From Thermoproteota archaeon (lineage in GTDB: Archaea > Thermoproteota > Thermoprotei_A > Sulfolobales > Ignisphaeraceae): a stretch of DNA of 64,000 nt. The number at the start of each line of letters is the position of its first letter. Position 1 is the first letter of the stretch. The position numbers and the translations under genes are program-made. The stretch is taken from contig JAUQPB010000004.1 of NCBI GenBank assembly GCA_030550585.1, forward strand, positions 1 through 64,000, written 5' to 3'. Below are positions 30,057 through 40,550 of the stretch, one piece after another. The notes under the pieces are model-generated. The model searched no databases and was not told the origin of the DNA. It saw only the letters and a program-made list of their open reading frames with translations.

Positions 30057-31782
30057 TCTCTAGAGCATCTAGAACCTTATTTAAGTCATCTAGATCTCTT
30101 CTACTCCAAGCATTCGAATATCTTATGATCTCGTATTTTGCTGTGGCAAGTCTAATCAAATGAATATCTCGATATCCTTTATCCATAAACTTTGCTAAAA
30201 CATCTCTATGTGTATCAAAACTAGATATGGATATGCCAATCTTTCTGCAAACCAATGACAATGTAGTCCAAAATCTGTATAGTGTTATACACCTCTCATC
30301 ATCTCTACTGTACCTGTTTATCCAGTTGCTCACGATTTTTGCTTTGCCCCATCCAAGAAAGGCTTTGATATGTTTAAAGAGGTTGTGTCTAAAGATTGTT
30401 ATTGCAACTAGTGATAGGATTGACAATGCTATGGCAACTGTTATCATAGAGTTTCCGAAATAGAAATACTGCTGATTCTGGTTGCTGAGGAGTATTATCG
30501 GCTTTGTGCTATTGAATTTATCCTGTATCTGACTATACTCTGGAACAGGCTCTACAAGCACTACTGTATTTGATTTTGACACAATTTCCGTTATTATTCT
30601 AGACCCTTTGACCATGTCAAAATCCACTTTTATACCCTGTCTGTTGGTCGATGGGCTTTCTCCTCTGTGATATTCGTTGTCAAACTGTGTTGGCGCTACA
30701 GTATATCCGATACCCATGTAGGTGGGGGTTACAATAATTAGATAAGGTGCTGTGTTGTATGGCTGTGTTGGGCTCTGCACAATTTCTATTGTATTGTTTA
30801 TCGAGCCAAGCTTTGTGGAACTGTTCTCACCATCATAGTGTTCTATAATGGCAATGCTGTCTTCGCTACTCAAACTGCTTTGTGCTATTATTTGAAGTAT
30901 CTCTTCTGGTTTGTAGCTCATCCCAATTATTATAGCAGCTATGACATCACCGATTTTTACATTGTTCTTGTTTTTGGCTATTTCCATTAGTCTGTAAACA
31001 GCTTTTTCAATTATGTTGAAGTCTAGATATACACTGCTATTCTCTGGGGTACTGCGGCTGTAGATGATTTTGTAGCTTGGCTGTGACTTGAAACTTATTG
31101 GATGGAGCTCTACATAGCTTTTTAGAAATATTGCAGAAACGATTGAATCGTAAAGCAGCATTTCGTTCAATAGACTCTCATATGCTGTCCCATTCATTGT
31201 GATTATGCCATTGTATAGCATTAGGGTTATTAGGAACTTGGATACCAGTTTTGATATAACATTTGCTGGCATCTCCCTAGCGTTTTCTGCGATAAAGTTG
31301 ATGAAGTTGTATATGTCGGTGATGTTATATTTGCACATTTCATACCCATAGTAGAGATTTATAGCAAGCTTCGATATAACTTCATCGCAACTCAGATTAT
31401 TTGTAGACAGCCCAGAGCCTTTTAGAATTGCAATTAGCACTTTGGCAACATCTTCTCCAGTTATATAGCTCTCTTCACCAGAAAGCATCTTTAAGGCTCT
31501 AAGCTGTATAGCCCCTATAAACAATGCCAACCTGCTATTATTATACACCATGGATAAGAGCTTCTTAGCGACATCACCATTATATTCACTTAAATTAATT
31601 GAAATGTTCATACTCTGAGCCCACTGCTTTAACACATAAGAGGCGTAGACTATTGACGAAGCGGCTTTTTCTATTTCTATTGAATGCCTCTCTAGGGCTA
31701 GAACACTGAAGAAGCTAGATATGTACAGTAGAAGAAATGTGATGGCAATTACAGTTAAAACTCTATTTGTTGAGTTGGCCAT
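30040..31782 (-). CDS. Membrane protein with C-terminal DUF4129-like domain
   Basis: N-terminal TM, late TM, then ..DTHRD..ATAKYEIIRYS.. DUF4129-like pattern. Confidence 0.65.
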   Translation of the reverse strand: MANSTNRVLTVIAITFLLLYISSFFSVLALERHSIEIEKAASSIVYASYVLKQWAQSMNISINLSEYNGDVAKKLLSMVYNNSRLALFIGAIQLRALKMLSGEESYITGEDVAKVLIAILKGSGLSTNNLSCDEVISKLAINLYYGYEMCKYNITDIYNFINFIAENAREMPANVISKLVSKFLITLMLYNGIITMNGTAYESLLNEMLLYDSIVSAIFLKSYVELHPISFKSQPSYKIIYSRSTPENSSVYLDFNIIEKAVYRLMEIAKNKNNVKIGDVIAAIIIGMSYKPEEILQIIAQSSLSSEDSIAIIEHYDGENSSTKLGSINNTIEIVQSPTQPYNTAPYLIIVTPTYMGIGYTVAPTQFDNEYHRGESPSTNRQGIKVDFDMVKGSRIITEIVSKSNTVVLVEPVPEYSQIQDKFNSTKPIILLSNQNQQYFYFGNSMITVAIALSILSLVAITIFRHNLFKHIKAFLGWGKAKIVSNWINRYSRDDERCITLYRFWTTLSLVCRKIGISISSFDTHRDVLAKFMDKGYRDIHLIRLATAKYEIIRYSNAWSRRDLDDLNKVLDALENAGDL

Positions 31783-31830
31783 ATAATTTCGCTAACAATA
31801 TATTTTGCTAAGAACTAAATATTTGTTGCT

Positions 31831-32784
31831 GTGACTAATGTGACAACATTTAGCAAGATTGTGCAAAGAGTTGTTGAGGAATCTTCCAAGGTGCTTGTCG
31901 ATAGGTCTAGCTATGTTGAGTTGATAACCTTTTCTATAATTTTTGAGGGCCACGTGCTTATAGAGGGTATTCCTGGGATAGCCAAGACTCTAACCGCAAA
32001 AACAGTTGCAAGACTCTTAAATCTTTCGTTTTCAAGGATTCAGTGTACTGTAGACATACTTCCATCCGATATTATAGGGACTAGGATATTCAATCAGAAG
32101 ACAGGCGAGTTTGAGCTTAGGCTAGGGCCAATACACTCCAATGTAGTGCTAGTTGACGAGATTAACAGAGCCTCTCCAAGAGCGCAATCAGCTCTTCTAG
32201 AGGCTATGCAGGAGAGGCAGGTGACCATAGATGGTGAGACAATTAAGCTTCCCAGACCCTTCATAGTTATAGCAACACAAAACCCTGTAGAGTTAGAAGG
32301 TACATTCCCCCTTCCAGAGGCGCAGCTGGACAGATTCTATATAAAAATTAATATGAGCCCGCTTGAGAGGGCATCTCTAATTAAGCTTCTTAAAAAGGAT
32401 TTGAGAGCCATAGAAAGAGAGTTTGAGAATCTAAGGCCTGTGGTAGGCAGAGAAGATTTGGAGGAGGCATCGGAGGAAATAGAGCATGTATATATAGACG
32501 ATTCTATATACGACTACGTTGCGCGAATAGCTGAATACAGCAATAGGCATCCTGCTGTAAGGCTTGGGATAACCCCGAGAGGGGCTCTAATGCTGGTTAA
32601 CCTAGCTAAAGAGTTTGCACTCTATGAGGGGAGAAAATATGTTATACCAGATGATATTAAAAAAGCGTCTATACCCGCATTATCGCATAGGATTTTGCTG
32701 AAACCAGAATACATAGCTGGGGAATACAGTGTGGAGCGCATAATACAGGAGATTTTGGCTAAGGTTGAGGTGCCAAGACCATAG
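31831..32784 (+). CDS. moxR: MoxR family AAA+ ATPase
   Basis: HVLIEGIPGIAKT, RIQCTVDILPSDIIG, VDEINRASPRAQSALLEAMQE, FPLPEAQLDRF. Confidence 0.95.
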   Translation: MTNVTTFSKIVQRVVEESSKVLVDRSSYVELITFSIIFEGHVLIEGIPGIAKTLTAKTVARLLNLSFSRIQCTVDILPSDIIGTRIFNQKTGEFELRLGPIHSNVVLVDEINRASPRAQSALLEAMQERQVTIDGETIKLPRPFIVIATQNPVELEGTFPLPEAQLDRFYIKINMSPLERASLIKLLKKDLRAIEREFENLRPVVGREDLEEASEEIEHVYIDDSIYDYVARIAEYSNRHPAVRLGITPRGALMLVNLAKEFALYEGRKYVIPDDIKKASIPALSHRILLKPEYIAGEYSVERIIQEILAKVEVPRP

Positions 32785-32822
32785 AGCATAACAGGCTGGA
32801 GTTCTATCCAAAGCCAAGCAAA

Positions 32823-34076
32823 TTGCTGTACATTGTTTTCCTACTTGCTCTAGCCATGACTATATACATAAATGGCATGCCAAAAACCCTAGCCCTCTTT
32901 GCAGCGACCACAACCCTGACAATTATTTCGACATCACTTTCAATAGCGACATCGGCAAAGAGCATAGTGTTTGATGTAAAGGCTCTAAGACCTGATATAA
33001 CTGGGCTGGAAAACGAGGACATTGAAATACCTTTTGAGATAATCTACAGACTACCCTACGTTCTATCAATTACTGCTGTGAAGCTAGATAATGATATGGG
33101 CATCTCATATTCTAAACACATTACAAAAGCTGATGGCAATAAATACGAATTAAAAGTCTATGTAAGAGGCTATGTAGGTAGCCATAGAATAAATGGACTG
33201 ACAATAACGTTTCAAGACATATTCAAGTTGTTTAGAATTGAAGTGAAAGTGGGCTTTGGTGTTCCAGTAGCTGTGCATATAGTTCCTGTTAAAACATCAA
33301 CACGGTTTAGAATAGAGTTTTTATTGCCGTCAGAAGTTCTATACGAATCTTATGTATCTAGAAGAAAGGGATATGGAATAAACATACTTGGTGTAAGAGA
33401 GTATACAGTAGGTGATGAGTTTAGAAGAATAGCTTGGAAGGCAACCGCGAAGACAGGTCGTTTAATGGTCAAAGAGTATGAGGGTATGTCGTATAGAAAT
33501 ATAGTTGTTGTTGCATCTCTTCACAATGGGCATTACATAGGGGATCCACCGCCTATACACTATATAGGGAATGCCGTACTGGGCATTGTCTCTGCTGCTT
33601 GTGAGAGGAATATGAAGGTAAGGGTTGGTGTAATTACTGAAGAGGGTATAAAGATAAGTAGTGAGATAACCAAAAAAGATATTGACAATGTGCACACAAT
33701 TCTGTCATTGATTGAATGGCCTCTAAAGCCAATCAGATTCTACAGCTATTCTAGTAGCAATAGAATAGTTAGATGGTTTGTCAAACAACTGGTTTTCAAT
33801 TCCTGTAGAGAGCCATGTATCGTCGCATTATTTATCGATCCATTAGACGATCTGGATGTTGAGAATATTGCAAGACTTTATAGAGAGCTTAAGATGCGTG
33901 GGCATGAACTGAAGCTGTTTCTAGCACCGCCAACGCTAATCAATTTTCTATACAACAAGAATCTGCCTATACAGGATCTTGACAGCGCTGTGAAAGAGAT
34001 CAATAGAATTGATATGATAGTTAGAAGCCTTCACAGAATAGCAAAGATCTATACGCCAGACAAATATATTGTGTAA
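32823..34076 (+). CDS. DUF58 family (vWA-like) protein
   Basis: GVREYTVGDEFRRIAWKATAKTGRLMVKEYE; directly after moxR. Confidence 0.9.
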   Translation: MLYIVFLLALAMTIYINGMPKTLALFAATTTLTIISTSLSIATSAKSIVFDVKALRPDITGLENEDIEIPFEIIYRLPYVLSITAVKLDNDMGISYSKHITKADGNKYELKVYVRGYVGSHRINGLTITFQDIFKLFRIEVKVGFGVPVAVHIVPVKTSTRFRIEFLLPSEVLYESYVSRRKGYGINILGVREYTVGDEFRRIAWKATAKTGRLMVKEYEGMSYRNIVVVASLHNGHYIGDPPPIHYIGNAVLGIVSAACERNMKVRVGVITEEGIKISSEITKKDIDNVHTILSLIEWPLKPIRFYSYSSSNRIVRWFVKQLVFNSCREPCIVALFIDPLDDLDVENIARLYRELKMRGHELKLFLAPPTLINFLYNKNLPIQDLDSAVKEINRIDMIVRSLHRIAKIYTPDKYIV

Positions 34077-34077
34077 T

Positions 34078-35094
34078 TCATTTGAATCCCGGTGGCCTCA
34101 CCTTTAAAACATCTTTGTTTACCAGCGTTGGAGGCTCTCTACCCTCGTAAAATGTTATGAGATTTTCTGCAACTAGCTCCGCCATGGCATGTCTAGCCTC
34201 ATATGTTGCAGAGCCTATGTGAGGTGCTAACACAACATTTTTAAATGCTGTTAGTGGGTGGTTTGGTGGGAGAGGCTCCTGCTCAAAAACATCTAGGCCT
34301 GCACCAGCTATCCAGCCCTCAGCCAAAGCCTTTACCAAAGCGTTTGTATCTACGACAGCGCCCCTCGCAGTGTTTATCAGTATAGCTGTCCTCTTCATTT
34401 TTCTAAGCCTCTCCTCGTTGATGAGATGATATGTTTCTTTTGTTAAGGGTACGTGTATCGAAACTATATCCGCTTCCTGCAAAAGTGTGTCAATATCCCT
34501 ATACTCCGCGCCCAGCCTCTTCTCCAATTCCTCGTTTCTCGACCTGCTATAGTATATTATTTTCATGCCAAATGCCTTGCCTATCTCAGCGACTCTAGAG
34601 CCTATTCTGCCAAGGCCTATGATGCCAAGTGTCTTTCCCTTCAACTCAACGCCTAGCATCATGTGTGGGTGCCAGCCTGTTCTTGTTCTCCACCACTCAC
34701 CCCACCTAACAAATGTATCAGCCTCGACAATTCTTCTCGCAACAGCTAGTATCAAGGCCCATGTAAGCTCGGCTGTAGCCTCTGTCAAAACATCTGGTGT
34801 GTTGGTAACATAGATTCCCAGTCTGGTTGCACATGCAACATCTATATTGTCATAGCCAACAGCGTACTGAGCGACAATCCTAAGCCTTTTGGCTTGCTGC
34901 AAAAGGTTACAGTCTATTCTATCACTAAGCATAGATGCTAATGCATCGACCTCCTTGGCTTTTTCAAGAAGAACCTCATATGGTGGGGGCTGATACCTGT
35001 CCCAGACCTCAACCTCATAATATTTACTCAATTTCTCAATTACATTAGGAAAAAGCTCTCTTGTTACAAAAAGTTTTGGTCTCATGGATCGCAC
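34078..35094 (-). CDS. gyaR: Glyoxylate reductase (D-2-hydroxyacid dehydrogenase)
   Basis: [44 protein letters not shown]. Confidence 0.9.
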   Translation of the reverse strand: MRSMRPKLFVTRELFPNVIEKLSKYYEVEVWDRYQPPPYEVLLEKAKEVDALASMLSDRIDCNLLQQAKRLRIVAQYAVGYDNIDVACATRLGIYVTNTPDVLTEATAELTWALILAVARRIVEADTFVRWGEWWRTRTGWHPHMMLGVELKGKTLGIIGLGRIGSRVAEIGKAFGMKIIYYSRSRNEELEKRLGAEYRDIDTLLQEADIVSIHVPLTKETYHLINEERLRKMKRTAILINTARGAVVDTNALVKALAEGWIAGAGLDVFEQEPLPPNHPLTAFKNVVLAPHIGSATYEARHAMAELVAENLITFYEGREPPTLVNKDVLKVRPPGFK

Positions 35095-35336
35095 CTCAAC
35101 TTGTTGTAATATCTCCGTAATATCTAGTATATTAAATCTTTCGCCATACCCATAAATATTTGATTTACAAAGCTATTTCCCGCATCCAAATATCCTCAGC
35201 ATCTGACAGTAGCATAATCTGTTTCTGCAGATGGTAGCCTATCCTATTACACATTTTGCTTAGGATCTTCTAAAGGTGTTTAAGCCAGAGAGTGGTAGCA
35301 AGCCCAAAATTTATGATGATAAATGTAGTTAGGCAG

Positions 35337-37097
35337 CTACGAATAGAGGGAAACATGCTGCTTTATATAAGATGGAATTTTGTTAAACAAAGCTGATATT
35401 ATTAGAGTAGACAGTTTTGGCTGTCTATCTCTTGTGTATACACCTTTTCTATTTAATATTGTTCTACCTGGGCTTTGAGGTGTTCTAAAATCTGCGAAAT
35501 TCCATATATGTAGCCCCACTATGTAGTCTCTCTTCATAAGTGCCTCAATGTAGTTTTTGATTAGCTCTGCTTGATATTCCTCTGACCACATCTGTGGCGG
35601 ATCGCTGTGCAAACCTAGAATTGCGTCTGCCCCAAACTCTGTTATTATTATTGGTTTTTCTGGGAATTTGCTATGTATTTGCTCTAGCTCGTTCAACATA
35701 TTTTCTACGCCTTTTTGTATATCTCCCCATTCAGAGTACCAGCCACGATAGTAGTTAAGTGATATGATATCCACATAGCCTAGTGCAAGGTCTTTAAACG
35801 ATTTGTGAGAGGCAAAGGTTACCGGCCTTGTCGGGTCGATGGATTTTACAAACTCTGAGAGTTTTCTTATAGCCTCTGCAACCTCTGGCAAGTCGCTTGG
35901 AGGTTCATTCATAATGCTATACATTATTACTGAAGGTCTATTCTTGTGCTGTCTAACCATTTCTTCTATGAACCTCTTCGCCTTTGCCAAATACTCTTCA
36001 TCTCTAAACAGCTTTGCAATATCCTCTGTGTTGAGAAGCCTTTCTATGCCTGAGTAGCATAGAGGTGGCTCTAGAATAACCATAAAGCCAAATTCGTCTG
36101 CTAGATCTAGATGCTCGTTAGAGTATGGATAGTGAGAGGTTCTAAATGAATTTGCACCCATTTTCTTCATAAGATAGAAGTCTCTTACAAGAACAGCTCC
36201 CGGAAGATACTTACCTGTAACAGGAAAGTCCTCGTGTCTTCCAAAACCTTTGAGAAACACCGGCCTATCGTTTAGATATATTCTTCCATTCCTTACTGTA
36301 ATGCTTCTAAAACCAATCCGCTCGTAGATGGCATCCCTTAAAATGTTGCCAACATAAACCTCGACAACAAAACTATATAGATTTGGCTCCTCAGGCCCCC
36401 AAGGCTTTACACCATCATATCTCTTCTCAAATTTCAGTACACCAGGTTTAGCATTTCTGATATAGTCTTCTGAGATAACCTTGCCAAGCTCTTTATCCAT
36501 GAGAGCAACCCTAACATCAACTTCTCTATCACATACTATCTCAATATCTGCTTTAAGGGCTCCACCATGATTTGTAGCAATTGTTACATCATTTACATGA
36601 CAAACATCAGTAAATTCCAAGTAAACGGGTCTGTGTATACCGCCATAGTGAAAGAAGTCAAAGGCAGTTAAATTAAGCTCCTTTGCTGGAGGTATATTGA
36701 GTATCGATGGAGTGTTGTCTATCCTCACCACAACTTTGTTTAAATCGCCAAATCTTATGCTATCCACTCTAAACTTGAATTGTGTAAAAGACCCTTCATG
36801 CTCGCCAACAAACTTCTCATTTATCCATACGCTAGTCTTGTACCCAGCACCCTCAAATACAATCCAAGCCTCTTTACAATCCAAGAGCCTATCAACATAA
36901 AAATTCTTTTGATACCATGCAACACCTGTAAACTGATCCCATTCAGGGTTTTGCTCATTCCAAGACGATGGAACGTATATTAAATCGCTAGATTCAAAAC
37001 CTCTGAACCAACCCTCTTTATCGCCAGCAAGATTTCTATCAACTCTAAATTTCCAGAAGCCTTCGAGAGATATTTTTGGTCTAAACCAAGATTTCAT
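35337..37097 (-). CDS. Beta-glucuronidase-like glycoside hydrolase family 2
   Basis: DFFHYGGIHRPV, GFGRHED, NSFRTSHYPY, MNEP, TEFGAD, WNFADF, NRKG. Confidence 0.92.
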   Translation of the reverse strand: MKSWFRPKISLEGFWKFRVDRNLAGDKEGWFRGFESSDLIYVPSSWNEQNPEWDQFTGVAWYQKNFYVDRLLDCKEAWIVFEGAGYKTSVWINEKFVGEHEGSFTQFKFRVDSIRFGDLNKVVVRIDNTPSILNIPPAKELNLTAFDFFHYGGIHRPVYLEFTDVCHVNDVTIATNHGGALKADIEIVCDREVDVRVALMDKELGKVISEDYIRNAKPGVLKFEKRYDGVKPWGPEEPNLYSFVVEVYVGNILRDAIYERIGFRSITVRNGRIYLNDRPVFLKGFGRHEDFPVTGKYLPGAVLVRDFYLMKKMGANSFRTSHYPYSNEHLDLADEFGFMVILEPPLCYSGIERLLNTEDIAKLFRDEEYLAKAKRFIEEMVRQHKNRPSVIMYSIMNEPPSDLPEVAEAIRKLSEFVKSIDPTRPVTFASHKSFKDLALGYVDIISLNYYRGWYSEWGDIQKGVENMLNELEQIHSKFPEKPIIITEFGADAILGLHSDPPQMWSEEYQAELIKNYIEALMKRDYIVGLHIWNFADFRTPQSPGRTILNRKGVYTRDRQPKLSTLIISALFNKIPSYIKQHVSLYS

Positions 37098-37182
37098 AGT
37101 TTCACAACAGTAGTGAGAATAGAGAGTATAAAAATTTCTTAGTAACTGGGATTAGGATTGGAAATTTATTTGTAGAGAATAT

Positions 37183-39345
37183 TTAGGTTAGCGATTTTAT
37201 TGTACTAACAATTCTCGATCTAAACGCAAGGTATTCTTCAGTAAATTCATGCATTGTTTTTGCTGATGGCCCGTAGGATGGCCATTCATCTACTCTCAGC
37301 CCTCTATTCCCATAGTCTCTATCTATGCCAATTTTCTTTAAAAGCTCGTTAACTTCTGGCGATGCTTCATAGGCTTTTACAAAATCCTCCATTTGCATCA
37401 ATATCTCGAGATATTTTCTTGGCAGTTGCTGATATATAGACTCCCTCAAGTCCTCTAATACAATACTCTTCTTGGCAACCTCTTCAACTACATTTAGTTG
37501 ATGATCTGGGAACTCTGTATTTGTCATGTTTCTGGATGCAAATGTGTATAGAGTGTCAATAGGCTTTCTTTTTGATGCTGGAAGCAGGTCTATTCTGTCC
37601 ATAACAAGCTCTGCCTCTGCTTTTGTTAACCCATACTCTCTAACTAGATAGTTTACCCACTTCTCTCTATTCCACGGAGCAAACATTATCTCATAAACTC
37701 TTTGAGCTACAAATGTGCCTGAAAGCCTCAAAGCCTCTTCAACAGGTTGCAGACTGTTCAAAGCCTCTTCCCTAGATTTGTACAAGCCCAGCTCAACCAA
37801 GGCATCTATGAATGCGTCTCTCAGCAGGTTTCTGCCCAATACCCTTCTACTAGTCAAGAAGCTTACAATACTCTTCAAATCTCTCTTCTTCATCTCCTGC
37901 CAAACATCGTCTTTTACCCCGAGACCCTTAGCAAGCTTCTCTAAAACAACACTTCTCCTAGCCTCATCGACTCTTTCAATAGCTTTCAATAGAAGCTGAG
38001 CAGCAAACTCCTCTCTCAAATGATCCTCTAGCCTACCACCCATGTTAGTGTCATATGTTTGTGTTGGTATAATACCTTTTCTAATGGCCTTTGCCATCCC
38101 CTTTATAGCTGCAAATCCGATTAGAATCTCTTGAGAAACCGTGAAGCTTACGGTTATGTTTTGGCCAACACCCATTTCGTTGATTCTCTCAGCAATTTCT
38201 ATGGCAGCTGGATATGCAGCTGCAACCTTTACAACAAGGTTAGCCCTACCCTTTTCAGGTATGTTATAGCCCCACCAGAGATATTCGTCGTAGACACTAA
38301 GATCTCTTTCCAACCTTGTCACAAATATCTTGACAGCCTCAACACTCTTCTCAACATCGTTTGCTATAAGTGGGTTTAGCTGGTAGCTAACAAGCCCATC
38401 GTGATATTTGGAGAGTATGAATGGAACTCTAAACACATAGAAGTTTTCCATTAAAGCAAATCTAGTGGCCTCCATAGCAATTTCATCAGCATATTTCTCG
38501 GGATTCTCAAACCACTCTGGATGTTCCTTAGCCAGAACATTTTTTGCATATTTCTTGAATCTCTCTAGAAGCTCTGGATCGTCGTTGTATGCAGTAGCTG
38601 CTAGGGGAGGGTTTGTGGATACCTGTACAAATCCTAGATGTCTTAGAAATCTCAGTCCCAGCGCATAGTCATTCCCAAACTTGCATAAACCTGCTTCATA
38701 TGCTTTTCTATAGAATAGATCTCTTATTTGATTGGCCATTGCATTGATGTAGCTCCTGGCTATAGAACCTCTATCAATTTTCTTTGAAACCTCTTGAGCA
38801 ACTCTTGCAACGAGGCTCTTACCCTTGTTGATCTTCATCAAGTCATTTAGTTGCATCTCTACTACAGAATACATTATTGCAGGTTCTCCAAGCTCCTGTC
38901 TCTCAAGAGATTCGAAATAGTCAAGAGCATTAGTTAGGTGTTTAATGTGATTCTCCACATCTTCGCTGGTATAACCAGCCCACTTGCTTTCGGCACCACT
39001 CAAATTGAAGATCATTTCAAATAGGGTATCATAGATTCTAAACCTCTTTAAAACAACTTCTTCATTAAGCCTCCCAGAATGATCTAAAACCTTCTCACTT
39101 TTCAGCAGGTGTTCAACCCTTCTTATAAGAGAGGAAAACGCCTCATTAGCAATTTTGGCAAACTCTGGGTGGAGTATATGGTCTGCTGCAAGTTTTGTCC
39201 AGCCCATTAAAGATGTTTTGATTATATGGTCGGCATGGTCTATACGAGGGGACATGGGTAGTGAGAGGGGTTCAGGCTCTGCTTTTCTAACTATTCCAAT
39301 TATGGTATCTTTGTTTACATAGATTTTCATGTTCTCACCATACAA
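37183..39345 (-). CDS. Large (720 aa) transaldolase-family protein
   Basis: VSTNPPL, VSYQLNP, NLVVKVAA (Schiff-base Lys position), NITVSFTVSQ, GGRLED. Confidence 0.75.
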   Translation of the reverse strand: MYGENMKIYVNKDTIIGIVRKAEPEPLSLPMSPRIDHADHIIKTSLMGWTKLAADHILHPEFAKIANEAFSSLIRRVEHLLKSEKVLDHSGRLNEEVVLKRFRIYDTLFEMIFNLSGAESKWAGYTSEDVENHIKHLTNALDYFESLERQELGEPAIMYSVVEMQLNDLMKINKGKSLVARVAQEVSKKIDRGSIARSYINAMANQIRDLFYRKAYEAGLCKFGNDYALGLRFLRHLGFVQVSTNPPLAATAYNDDPELLERFKKYAKNVLAKEHPEWFENPEKYADEIAMEATRFALMENFYVFRVPFILSKYHDGLVSYQLNPLIANDVEKSVEAVKIFVTRLERDLSVYDEYLWWGYNIPEKGRANLVVKVAAAYPAAIEIAERINEMGVGQNITVSFTVSQEILIGFAAIKGMAKAIRKGIIPTQTYDTNMGGRLEDHLREEFAAQLLLKAIERVDEARRSVVLEKLAKGLGVKDDVWQEMKKRDLKSIVSFLTSRRVLGRNLLRDAFIDALVELGLYKSREEALNSLQPVEEALRLSGTFVAQRVYEIMFAPWNREKWVNYLVREYGLTKAEAELVMDRIDLLPASKRKPIDTLYTFASRNMTNTEFPDHQLNVVEEVAKKSIVLEDLRESIYQQLPRKYLEILMQMEDFVKAYEASPEVNELLKKIGIDRDYGNRGLRVDEWPSYGPSAKTMHEFTEEYLAFRSRIVSTIKSLT

Positions 39346-39363
39346 TGGAATTAACCTTAGGAT

Positions 39364-40296
39364 TTACATAGATGTTTCTGCTTGGAGATAGAGCTGGAAG
39401 GCGCGTAGGAGAACACTTTTAGCGGTGTGCACAACCTCCATTGGATGCTGACCCTCCTCCGGCCTCACCTCAAAACTTATAGCGCCTCTATAGCCAATGT
39501 CACTCAAAACAGTTAGTAGTTTCGCAACATCTTGTTCTGTATTCAATGCTCCGGGTCTGTAGAAGCCTGGATGGGTATCCAGGAGTTTGTCTCCCACTCT
39601 TTTTGCGCAACCTATATGGATATGCCCTATGAAATCTGGGTATGACTTCAACAGATCTGGAGATTCGTTTAGCAGTGGGGCGTGGCTTAGATCCCACATT
39701 ATATAAACATTCTTTGCCTGTTCCCTCACTTTCTCAACTATCTTTACAGTTTCTTGCAGGGGGCCTGCAAGCCTCTTTCTATCCCAAGCAACATCGAATG
39801 TCTCCAAATAGAGATTCATATTATACTTTGCCGCCTCGCTCCCAAGCTCAACAAGGGTTTTGATCAATGCCTCCCTTGCCTTCTCCCTCTCCGAACCCTC
39901 AACATTTGGCCCAGAACAAATGCCAACAGCTTTATAGCCTCTTCCACCAGCAACCCTAACCTCTCTAAGCAGAACTTCAACACTTTTCATTCTCTCTGCT
40001 TCATCAGTAGCACTAGGATTAACACCCCTTGTTAAGATAACTGGTTGAAGACCCAGAGCAAACTTCTTTCCATACAACCTATTCAACTCATTAATTTTCT
40101 TCCACTCCACATCATCTATAATCATAACTTCCAACAAATCAAAGTAAGGATCTTCTAGCAAAACCCTTATCTTCTCTGAAGCACCTTCAGATGTTTTCAT
40201 AAGTTCTGGGAAAACCATGAATGACACTATACCTATATCCCAAGGAAATCTTGCTATAATTTCAAATTCATTCTTCTTTATATAGCCATACAGCAT
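39364..40296 (-). CDS. Sugar phosphate isomerase/epimerase (xylose isomerase-like TIM barrel)
   Basis: YLETFD, WDLSH, HIHIG, DTHPG, ISFEV metal-ligand pattern. Confidence 0.82.
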   Translation of the reverse strand: MLYGYIKKNEFEIIARFPWDIGIVSFMVFPELMKTSEGASEKIRVLLEDPYFDLLEVMIIDDVEWKKINELNRLYGKKFALGLQPVILTRGVNPSATDEAERMKSVEVLLREVRVAGGRGYKAVGICSGPNVEGSEREKAREALIKTLVELGSEAAKYNMNLYLETFDVAWDRKRLAGPLQETVKIVEKVREQAKNVYIMWDLSHAPLLNESPDLLKSYPDFIGHIHIGCAKRVGDKLLDTHPGFYRPGALNTEQDVAKLLTVLSDIGYRGAISFEVRPEEGQHPMEVVHTAKSVLLRAFQLYLQAETSM

Positions 40297-40442
40297 CGTC
40301 TATCCCACCAACTCTTTTACATAAATCTAGATCTAGTCCCAGTTTTATGCTTTTTAGCGGTAGAAAAGGTCTAACCAAACATACACTGATATATCAAAAA
40401 GTTTGTCTCGAGCTTGTATATAGAATTCGCATTTCATAAAAA

Positions 40443-40550
40443 CTATCTTCTTCTCCTAATCCTCGAACCACCCTCTCTACCCAAAATTATATGCATTATA
40501 TAAGCCCTTCTACTTTTGAATACTCTACCACATCTTTTACACACATACAT
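40443..40550 (-). CDS. Zinc-finger microprotein (35 aa)
   Basis: MYVCKRCGRVFKSRRAYIMHIILGREGGSRIRRRR*; GGGAG just upstream of ATG, TATTTAA about 25-30 nt upstream. Confidence 0.6.
   Translation of the reverse strand: MYVCKRCGRVFKSRRAYIMHIILGREGGSRIRRRR

Noticed and set aside
35313-35370. ATGATGA as a possible box C
   Set aside because: No D'/D (CTGA) boxes at suitable spacing.
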